7,923 nt of DNA from Octopus sinensis (lineage: Eukaryota): contig NW_021828654.1 of the NCBI RefSeq assembly GCF_006345805.1, positions 1-7,923 on the forward strand. The letters are read 5' to 3'. The notes under the pieces are model-generated. The model was not told the DNA's origin and did no database searches. It worked only from the letters and a program-made list of their open reading frames with translations. Below are positions 1-7,354 of the stretch, piece after piece. The translations under genes and the position numbers were made by a program. Every line of letters starts with the position of its first letter. Position 1 is the stretch's first letter.

Positions 1-62
1 ATATTTTTCGGTATAGGTACCCCAATAAAAATATATCCTCGGGATAGGTACTTCCAATAAAA
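1..62. repeat. Imperfect tandem duplication of a ~30-bp unit
   Basis: 1-30 atatttttcggtataggtaccccaataaaa vs 31-62 atatatcctcgggataggtacttccaataaaa; shared TCGG-ATAGGTAC-CCAATAAAA. May extend left of the window. Confidence 0.65.
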
Positions 63-191
63 CCAATGTACATGAAGTCGTTCTGGAAAAGAACATTATT
101 ATCTCTGTTTCTCTCATAGTTCTCTTTTCATGGCAGGGACGAGAACAAGATTAAGAAAGACGGAAATTGAAGGTAAAAATTCTTGTGTATA

Positions 192-395
192 GGCACGAGT
201 ATGGCTCAGTGGTTAAGAATCTCGCTTTACAGACTGCGTGGTTTCGGATTCGGTCCCGCTAAACGGTACCTTAAGCAAGTATCTTCTACTATAGCACCAA
301 GTTGGCCAAAGCTTTCAGGCGAATTTGTTAACCTGTCGCATATTTGTGTGTGCGTGAATGCGTGTGTGTGCGTGAATGCGTGTGTGTGCGTGAAT

Positions 396-484
<89 letters not shown>

Positions 485-610
485 CTTTGTCTCGATGCTT
501 GTCCTTACACGCACACTTACACACGCGAGTTTGGCAACTGGTGTTGGTTTGGTTACATTCCCATAAAATAGCAGCTCAGCAAAAGATCGATAGAATAAGT
601 ATTAGACTTA
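192..610 (+). mobile_element. tRNA-derived SINE, family A, old diverged copy interrupted at its 3' end
   Basis: Pol III A box TGGCTCAGTGG (202-212) and degenerate B box GGATTCGGTCCC (246-257), then CCTTAAGCAAGTATCTTCTACTATAG, an internal (TG)n and a 3' half (CAACTGGTGTTGG...GATAGAATAAGTA). All align to the reverse complement of 611-1010. Confidence 0.8.
345..483. repeat. (TG)n microsatellite beginning with ~3 copies of an 18-bp unit TGTGTGTGCGTGAATGCG
   Basis: Units at 345-362, 363-380 and 381-396 (partial), then nearly pure TG. It is an expansion of the internal simple-repeat spacer of the SINE. Confidence 0.97.
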
Positions 611-1010
611 CTCTTTTACTTTTTTCAGTCATTTGACTGTGGCCATACTGGAACACCGCCTTCAGTCGAGCAAATCAACCCTAGGACTTATTCTTTGGAA
701 ACCTAGTACTTATTCTGTCGGATCTCTTTTGCCGAACCGCTAAGTTACGGGGACGTAAATACACCAGCATCGGTAGTCATGCGATGTTAGGGGAACAAAC
801 ACAGACACACAAACACATACATACACACACTTATATATACATATATACGACGGGCTTCTTTCAGTTTCCGTCTGCCAAATCCACTCACAAGGATTTGGTT
901 GACTTGAGACTATAGTAGAAGACACTTACCCAAGGTGCCACGCAGTGGGACTGAACCCGGAACCGTGTGGTTTGTAAGCAAGCTACTTACCACACAGCCA
1001 CTCCTACGCC
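611..1010 (-). mobile_element. tRNA-derived SINE, family A, apparently full length
   Basis: Minus strand starts GGCGTAGGAGTGGCTGTGTGGTAAGTAGC (A box at 990-1000), B box GGGTTCAGTCCC (947-958), CCTTGGGTAAGTGTCTTCTACTATAG, internal TA/TG spacer (~800-847), and ends CAGTCAAATGACTGAAAAAAGTAAAAGAG. Homologous to 192-610 and 4000-4150. Confidence 0.92.
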
Positions 1011-1021
1011 TATATAAAAAA

Positions 1022-1192
1022 TGTCTGAGCTTGTCGTTACGCGCACACTCACATACATGCACCTGGGCAGGTTTTGACAACCGGTGTTGGGTTGTTTGCA
1101 TTCTCGTAGCGTAACAGCTCGGTAAGAGACTGATAGAATAAGTAAGCATCAGACATATAAACAAATTAAATTCTGGGGTCGATTCGTTCGAC
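1022..1192 (+). mobile_element. SINE family A 3'-half fragment, old
   Basis: TTGACAACCGGTGTTGGGTTGTTT...AAGAGACTGATAGAATAAGTA...CTGGGGTCGATTCGTTCGAC matches the 3' half of the 611-1010 copy and also 487-610; cut off at the TTAA at 1193. Confidence 0.75.
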
Positions 1193-1803
1193 TTAACCCT
1201 CTAACATTCAGATTACACTGTCAAATATAATGGTTATTTATTCACCTTGTTTTGAATTAATCATTTTGTTACTTTGAAAGGCGACGAGGTGGCAGGATCG
1301 TTAGCACGTCGGGCGAAATGCCTAGCGGTATTTCGTCTGCCGCTACGTTCTGAGTTTAAATTCCGCCGAGGTCGACTTTGCCTTTCATCCATTCGGGGTC
1401 GATAAATTAAGTACCAGTTGCGCACTGGGGTCGATGTAATCGACTTAATCCGTTTGTCTGTCCTTGCTTGTCCCCTCTGTTTAGCCCCTTGTGGGTAGTA
1501 AAGAAATAGGTATTTCGTCTGTCTTTACATTCCGAGTTGAAATTCCGCCGAGGTCGACTTTGCCTTTCATCCTTTCAGGATCGATAAATTAAGTACCATT
1601 GGCGTATTGGGGTCGATCTAATCGACTGCCACACTCCCCCCAAAAACTTCGGGCCTTATGCCAAGAGTAGAAAAGATTATCTTGTTGCTTTGTTATTTTG
1701 ATGATGCGGTCGTTTATTTTCAGGAAGACATTGTAGGGTAAGTAGATTGAACATAAAGCAGGTAGAATATTTAGGCTGGATATAGATGGTTTAAATGCCA
1801 AAG
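1193..1803. mobile_element. Decayed piggyBac-type MITE (TTAA-CCCT end), split by the SINE at 1280-1680
   Basis: Left end TTAA|CCCTCTAACATTCA (1193-1210). The right part ends TTTAAATGCCAAAG (1790-1803), whose reverse complement CTTTGGCATTTAAA resembles the left terminal sequence; the final GGTTAA is missing. TTAA plus CCC is the established piggyBac signature. Joining the two halves rests partly on my recollection of an octopus repeat. Confidence 0.55.
1280..1680 (+). mobile_element. tRNA-derived SINE, family B, dimeric (core duplicated)
   Basis: Head GGCGACGAGGTGGCAGGATCGTTAGCAC with A-box-like 1290-1300 and B-box-like GAGTTTAAATTCC (1352-1364). A ~120-bp core GGTATTTCGTCTG...GAGGTCGACTTTGCCTTTCATCC...TAATCGACT occurs twice (1327-1445, 1509-1627), each followed by a different tail. 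Confidence 0.88.
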
Positions 1804-1805
1804 AT

Positions 1806-1916
1806 ATGAAGAGCGTAGGCTCGAAACGTAAAAAACTTTCTCACTTTCCCGAGCGTCAAACTAATACACCTACTTGTTCATACACCCGTTTTCGTCTTTT
1901 GTTTTTCTGTAAATTT

Positions 1917-1920
<4 letters not shown>
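1806..1920 (+). mobile_element. Short repeat with hammerhead-like motif (Penelope-like terminal-repeat remnant), copy 1, 5'-truncated
   Basis: Shares GAAGAGCGTAGGCTCGAAACGTAAAA, ACTTTCT, GAGCGT, ACTAATACA and a pyrimidine-rich end with 2283-2382; followed directly by (TA)n. Confidence 0.6.
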
Positions 1921-1964
<44 letters not shown>

Positions 1965-1992
1965 ATATATTATATATATATATATATATATT
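1921..1992. repeat. (TA)n microsatellite
   Basis: Direct reading, with a few single-base interruptions. Confidence 0.97.
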
Positions 1993-2030
1993 ATTCCGAA
2001 TTTATGTGAATGTGCATAGAAAAATATATC

Positions 2031-2200
2031 AGTTGAATAAAGTTAAATGAGGGTCTGGTTTTCACGTTTTTTATTATGGTATTTTAATATTTAAAAAATT
2101 GAAAGTGCTAATTTAACTTTATGAGCATTACAAATATATTGTTTATGTTAAATACCATAATAAAAAACGTGAAAACCAGACCGTTTTAACTTATTCAACT
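2031..2200. mobile_element. Foldback / MITE-like element with ~57-bp terminal inverted repeats
   Basis: Arms 2031-2089 and 2144-2200. Perfect 33-bp inverted core GGTCTGGTTTTCACGTTTTTTATTATGGTATTT (2052-2084) / 2150-2182; outer ends AGTTGAATAA...TTATTCAACT; TATA flanks on both sides; no ORF. Confidence 0.75.
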
Positions 2201-2244
2201 TATATATATATATTATATATGTAATATTATATATATATATATAT
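2201..2244. repeat. Imperfect (TA)n microsatellite
   Basis: Direct reading. Confidence 0.9.
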
Positions 2245-2382
2245 CCTGATTCTCTCCTGTTTTTCTGTGTCCCTTTTCTGTAGAAGAGCGTAGGCTCGAA
2301 ACGTAAAAGACTTTCTATTCTGAGCGTTATACTAATACATCTGCTTGTTTTCGTGTCTTTCTTTTTTTTCGTAAACTCTCCC
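2245..2382 (+). mobile_element. Short repeat with hammerhead-like motif (Penelope-like terminal-repeat remnant), copy 2
   Basis: Direct repeat of 1806-1920 at an offset of 475 bp, with extra 5' sequence; flanked by (TA)n on both sides. Confidence 0.6.
2269..2311 (+). ncRNA. Minimal type I hammerhead ribozyme-like motif (variant core)
   Basis: UUUU-CUGUAGA-A-[GAGC GUAG GCUC]-GAAAC-GUA-AAAG. Core CUGnnGA at 2278-2284 (canonical CUGANGA, here A6->U), stem II 2286-2297, GAAAC 2298-2302, palindromic ACGU stem III, GUA cleavage triplet 2303-2305, and short stem I UUUU(2274-2277)/AAAG(2306-2309). Confidence 0.55.
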
Positions 2383-2511
<129 letters not shown>

Positions 2512-2619
2512 AGTGGATGATGGTGGTGGTAGTGGAAATTCCGGTATATCCAGATGAAAGAGGAGCAAACAGTAGTTGGCGCATGTTGACCATCGTATAT
2601 GAACCCAAAATATGTACAG

Positions 2620-2735
2620 GTGTGTGTAGTATGTGTGTTGTGTGTGTGTGTGGTGTGTGTGTGTGGTGTGTGTCGGTGTGTGTGTGTGTCAGTGTGTGCG
2701 TGTGTGTGGCGTGTGTGTGTGTGTGTGTGTGTGTG
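2620..2735. repeat. Imperfect (TG)n microsatellite
   Basis: Direct reading. Confidence 0.95.
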
Positions 2736-2780
2736 CAGAAAAGTGAAAGGAGAAGGGAACAGTAATTGACTGTTTATTCC

Positions 2781-2799
2781 AGAGAGAGAGAGACAGAGA

Positions 2800-2831
<32 letters not shown>

Positions 2832-2882
2832 CAGAGAGAGAGAGACAGAGAGACAGAGAGAGAGACAGAGAAAGAGAGAGAG
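2781..2882. repeat. (GA)n microsatellite with GACA interruptions
   Basis: Direct reading. Confidence 0.95.
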
Positions 2883-3428
2883 CATTCTGACAACGGGGAA
2901 AAATCAGTCGTTATTCACGAAGAAGTCTGGATGGTGGCACCGCACCCCAGCACGGGAGCAGATATACGTCCAACAAGAGATTGCACTAGAATAGATTGCA
3001 GTATTGCAGTGCTGAAATCCTGCATAACAGATTTAAAGCATCCAGAATTGCTACATCGCACATGAAGCAAATGTTCTCTGAATTGATCTACTAGTTTTCA
3101 GCCTGTTTCGCCAATACACATAATTTCATCGATATGCAAAAGCATGTTTCACTATATACGAGGTGTCTCTAGATAGGGAATTTATTCAGTAAATGACATT
3201 AGTAGGAAAGATGCTGTCGACGACTTTAGAAATAAACCGGTGATCACCCAAAATAGTGAATGTTATGAATAAAAGGATAGCTGTTAAAGCGGAAATACAC
3301 GACGGAGCTATGAGATGCATGAACGATAAGGTTGATGGTAACTGTGTGAGAACGATGAAGGAATAACGAAGTAATGAACTATGGGAGAGATAAGTTATTG
3401 ATTGTGGATGAGAGTGTTATCCTCCAGT

Positions 3429-3758
3429 GTGAGGGCGCGTGGCTTAGTGGTTAGGGCATTCGGCTCATGATCGTAAGGTTGTGAGTTCGATTCCCGGCGA
3501 CGCGTTTGTGTCCTGTGAGCAAGACACTTTATTTCACGTTGCTCCAGTTCCACTCAGCTGGCAAAAATGAGTGTGTACTTGTATTTCAAAGGGTCAGCCT
3601 TGTCACTCTCTGTGTCACGCTGATTATCCCCCGAGAACTACGTTAAGGGTACCGTGTCTTGGAATGCTCAGCCATTTGCACGTTAATTTCACGAGCAAGC
3701 TGTTCCGTTGATTCGGATCAACCGGAACCCTCGTCGTCGGAACCGGCGGAGTCTTGAA
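3429..3758 (+). mobile_element. tRNA-derived SINE, family C, full length with 12-bp target-site duplication
   Basis: A box TGGCTTAGTGG (3440-3450), B box GAGTTCGATTCC (3483-3494), GTGTCC..GAGCAAGACAC central box; TSD TTATCCTCCAGT at 3417-3428 and 3759-3770; closely matching inverted copy at 6816-7143. Confidence 0.95.
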
Positions 3759-3999
3759 TTATCCTCCAGTAACCCGTTTCTCTCAAACCATTTCTTCCTC
3801 ACAACTTCTTCCCCAAATCATCAACCTATTCTTTTCCACATCATGAACCTCTGTAATCTGCTTCCGCTCCGAAAAATATATTATGCCCAACATTACCAGC
3901 CGCCCCGTCGTCTATGCCTGCAAATAACCTACCGAAACACCATCTCTGAATACATTAGCCAATTCAAGTTATCTTTAATTGTAGCCCTTTCATTGCGCA

Positions 4000-4150
4000 G
4001 GCGCAGGCATGGTTGTGTGAAAGAAGTTTGCTTCCCAAACGTTCAGCCTTACTGCGTGGCACCTTGAACAAGTGTCTTCTACTATAGTCTCGGACCGACC
4101 AAAGCCTTCTGAGTGGATTTGGTAGACGGAAACTGAAAGAAACCCGTCAT
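4000..4150 (+). mobile_element. SINE family A, 5' half only, with a short deletion before the B box
   Basis: GGCGCAGGCATGGTTGTGTG...GTTCAGCCTTACTGCGTGGCACCTTGAACAAGTGTCTTCTACTATAG...GACGGAAACTGAAAGAAACCCGTC matches the reverse complement of 849-1010, then runs into microsatellites; no 3' half found downstream. Confidence 0.88.
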
Positions 4151-4157
4151 GTGCGTG

Positions 4158-4180
4158 TATATATATATATATATTAGAGT

Positions 4181-4231
<51 letters not shown>

Positions 4232-4381
4232 AAAATGAGAGAGAAAGAGAGAGAGAGAGACAGTCAGACAGACAGACAGAGAGAAAGAAAGAAAAGATAG
4301 AGAGATGATAAATAGACTGACGACACACACATAGACCCAGGTAGATACTAGAGAAAAAAAAAAAACAAAAGATAAAAAAAG

Positions 4382-4441
<60 letters not shown>

Positions 4442-4461
4442 GATCGATAGATAGATAGATA
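4158..4461. repeat. Compound microsatellite (TA)n-(GA/GACA)n-A-rich-(GATA)n
   Basis: TA 4158-4200, GA/GACA/GAAA 4201-~4320, (GATA)n 4383-4461. Confidence 0.95.
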
Positions 4462-5919
4462 AGTTTCTTTATTGGCACACAGGCTGCACACAGATGGGAC
4501 AAGTTACAAGGTAGCTTTTTCTTTTGGGGGATGAAGAGAACAAAAAACAAAAGAAAAAAAAAGGGGGTGGCGTAGGTTTTCGACCAAGAGGGATCGTAAA
4601 AGGGAAGAAAAGAACAAAAAAAAATTGAATAAAATAAAAAGAATAGAAGAAAAAAAAAGAAAAGGAAAGAACAAAAGGAAGAGAAATGAAAAAAGAAGAA
4701 AAGGGGGAAAAAAAGGGGGAAGAGGAAAAAAAGAACGATCAATAGGGATCGTGTATCACATGTTATGATATGGTTTAAAGGGGAAAGCAAGTAAGGTTTA
4801 TCCGTGGGAAAAAAGCCTACGAAAAAGACCACGGTAACCTTGGTCATATTGTTATATGTTACCACATTTGTTTGCAAGTGGGTAACCCTCTGTTTTCAAT
4901 TTCTGTTTTCATAGAATTATGCTCAAGGTGGCTTCGTCATTCATACGTGCCATCCTGCTACATTCACCCATCTTTTTTTAAAACATTCGCTAGACAAAAC
5001 TTGCCTCTCTACTCTCACTTTCCTTTCAAGTGGTACTTGAAGAAGTTGATGAGAGATTGACCAGAGAGGAAGTGTTTGTCTCCAATCCTTTCAGACGCGT
5101 CCACCAGATACATTCTTTCGCCATAGCCACAAGGATGATGAAATAGCTCTTCCTTCCCGTTTGAAGGAAGGAGGCCGTGGACAATATTGACGATAGACTC
5201 AGCTGATAAACCGACTCGTCCCACACGTGACAGCAGTTGTTCGACATAAGTCCACAGGTCGAAATTGTTGGACACTGCACGAGTGCGTGCAGAACGGTTT
5301 CGTGTCGCTCTGACCGCATCTCGGGCAGGTCGGCCCGTGTTTCTCGAGCCGTGTCTGTAGAGCTTATCCCGAACGGGTAGCGCTTCTCGGTAGCACTGCC
5401 AGGCCAGGGATCTCTGGAAGTTGTCCATGGGCTCTGGCCCGAAAGTCGTCCTGAACAGGCTGGTCAGGTACTCCTCGTCGACGTCCGGTTCGCCCCGAGC
5501 TCGTCGTCGTACCTCCCCTCCACTAATCCCCTATAGAATGCTTTGGTTGTATTTTGAAGTCACTCAAGGTCGACCCGGGACGGCAGAGTTGCTTGAGAGC
5601 AACGCGACACTCGCGGTGCCAATCGCCCTCCTCGGCCCCTTTTTGATCCACGACTGCAGTTCGGTCATGGAGACGAGCTGCGGGAAAGCGTGTCCTCACA
5701 AACGGCGAACACCTGTTCACCGTCGTCTACGTAGAGCCAGAGATGTCGCAGTCTCAGCGCGTGTCTGCGCATCATCAACCACGGCATGCCCAGCCCTCCC
5801 TTTTAGTCGGGTGTTGACAGCAATGGATCGCCTGACCATGGACGCATCCTTTCCACAAGAAGCGAAAGAGAATGCGTTGTAGTTTGGTGATGGTAGGGTC
5901 GGGACAAGATACGACGGTC
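4462..5919 (-). mobile_element. 5'-truncated non-LTR retrotransposon, L1 group, probably Tx1-like
   Basis: ORF2 C-terminal remnant (4909-5916), T-rich 3' UTR (4462-4908 on minus), and AATAAA on minus at 4468-4473 just before the (TATC)n. A GC-richer island with (GATA)n on both sides. Confidence 0.85.
4909..5916 (-). pseudogene. Frameshifted C-terminal part of LINE ORF2 (post-RT region and CCHC zinc knuckle)
   Basis: Manual minus-strand translation across frameshifts: VVSCPDPTITKLQRILFRFLWKG...KGGLGMPWLMMRRHALRLRHLW...MDNFQRSLAWQCYREALPVRDKLYRHG...CPRCGQSD/ETVLHALVQC (C-X2-C-X8-H-X4-C, 5272-5327)...AMAKECIWWTRLKG...FKKRWVNV...ATLSIIL* (TGA at 4909-4911). The FxW...GGLGxP and CCHC motifs are characteristic of L1/Tx1 ORF2. 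Endonuclease and RT core are absent. Confidence 0.87.
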
Positions 5920-5971
5920 CCGACCTACCATCACCAAACTACAACGCATTCTCTTTCGCTTCTTGTGGAAA
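5850..5971. repeat. Near-perfect inverted repeat (hairpin) at the LINE 5' junction
   Basis: Left arm 5850-5905 (56 nt) and right arm 5917-5971 (55 nt) are identical as reverse complements except for one extra G in the left arm; 11-nt loop AAGATACGACG (5906-5916). Confidence 0.97.
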
Positions 5972-5972
5972 A

Positions 5973-6110
<138 letters not shown>

Positions 6111-6210
6111 AGCCTTAGGCATTCACAAGCATAACCAAATGCACAATGATAATTGGTACGAATGTAAATTTATGATTAGGGCTCTAAGCAGTTGTCCCTA
6201 TATATGGATA

Positions 6211-6261
6211 ACATCGACCCCCAGAGATCAGCTGGTACTTATTTTGTCGACCCCCAAAAGG
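6211..6261 (-). mobile_element. SINE family B core fragment
   Basis: Reverse complement CCTTTTGGGGGTCGACAAAATAAGTACCAGCTGATCTCTGGGGGTCGATGT matches the core at 1389-1437 and 6319-6367. Confidence 0.75.
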
Positions 6262-6274
6262 CATTTTGCTCATC

Positions 6275-6440
6275 ACGTTTTGAGTTCAAATTCCGCCGAG
6301 GTCGACTTTGCCTTTCCTCCTTTCGGGATCGAAAAAATAAGTACCAGTTGAGTACTGGGATCGATGTAATCAACTTATATCCCCCCCCCCCCATCCACCC
6401 GAAATTGCTGGTCTTGGGCCAAAATTTGTAATAGATATTA
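6275..6440 (+). mobile_element. SINE family B, 5'-truncated copy
   Basis: ACGTTTTGAGTTCAAATTCCGCCGAGGTCGACTTTGCCTTTCCTCCTTTCGGGATCG...GATGTAATCAACTT, a C-run and a tail similar to 1628-1680. Confidence 0.88.
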
Positions 6441-6815
6441 GTACGGGTACTTGAAAAGATTTGAAGGTATTGTCTCTTGGTGTAAAAGAGAGCACTGACT
6501 GCTACATCTTTTTATGGTATAATATTCTTCGGTTAATCTGTGTTTATTCATAGAATTTTTGTATGATGTATTTTCAGGTCTTTGTAACACTCATTTTGTA
6601 GAAGAGAACTGGCTGAGAATGCCTGCCTTGATACAGATAATTAGGATCTGAGGGTTACTTTTCCAACATTCAGTTGTTAAATATGATTATTTCTGTTGGT
6701 CAAATACCAGTCCTTAGTCAGCAGAAAATGTAGATAAATCCAGATGTATTTTGACGTTTAATATTTCGGACAAAGATCTTTCGATCGTCCACGAAGAAAT
6801 TACGGGTTATATTAA

Positions 6816-7143
6816 AAGACTCCGCCGGTTACGACGACGAGGGTCCCAGCTGATACGATCAATGGAACAGCTTGCTCGTGAAATTAACGTGCAAATGGCT
6901 GAGCATTCCACAGACACGTGTACCCTTAACGTAGTTCTCGGGGATAATCAGCGTGACACAGAGAGTGACAAGGCTGACCCTTTGAAATACAAGTACAACT
7001 ACTCATTTTTGCCAGCTGAAGTGGAACTGGAGCAACGTGAAATAAGTGTCTTGCTCAAGGACACAACGCGTCGCCGGGAATCGAACTCACAACCATACGA
7101 TCATGAGCCGAATGCCCTAACCACTAGCCACGCGCCCCTCACA
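6816..7143 (-). mobile_element. tRNA-derived SINE, family C, full length with 14-bp target-site duplication
   Basis: Reverse complement aligns end to end with 3429-3758; TSD ACGGGTTATATTAA at 6802-6815 and 7144-7157. Confidence 0.95.
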
Positions 7144-7354
7144 ACGGGTTATATTAATGCGTGCATCTGTTGCAAGTATTAGCACATAGCCAGTGGATTT
7201 TTGTAGAAGAAATGACAGTGGATTGAGGGTCAAAATAAACAGAAACACAGATAGACTTCCATTTTAGAATATTCTCATTCAAGTATTAACAACAACAGAA
7301 GCATTCGCTCCACTTTCAGTTACAATTGTATGTATTTGTGTATGTATGTTAGAA

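Noticed and set aside
183-636. ORFs rich in CV/HT repeats
   Set aside because: Read-through of (TG)n inside a SINE; no coding signal.
1327-1627. CRISPR-like repeat-spacer arrangement
   Set aside because: Only two ~120-bp units belonging to a SINE; no regular short repeats or cas genes, and the DNA is eukaryotic.
3429-3505. Possible tRNA gene (A/B boxes, CAT in an anticodon-like loop)
   Set aside because: It is the head of a TSD-flanked SINE with no T-run terminator, and a clean cloverleaf is not evident. The same applies to the other SINE heads.
3771-3990. Possible Tc1 transposase trace on the minus strand (GGGGCGGCTGGTAATGTTGGG resembling GGGSVMVWG coding sequence)
   Set aside because: Could not extend the similarity in any frame.
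3990-4877. 295-aa hydrophobic ORF on the minus strand
   Set aside because: Made of the T-rich LINE 3' UTR, microsatellites and an antisense SINE; low-complexity artefact.
5421-5882. 153-aa plus-strand ORF
   Set aside because: Antisense shadow of the GC-rich LINE ORF2 remnant.
5850-5971. Hairpin as a transcription terminator, conserved miRNA gene or MITE
   Set aside because: Arms are LINE ORF2 coding sequence at the truncation point; eukaryotic context; no TSD or TIR signature.
6751-7182. 143-aa plus-strand ORF
   Set aside because: Almost entirely the antisense strand of SINE C; TTG start and no protein motif.
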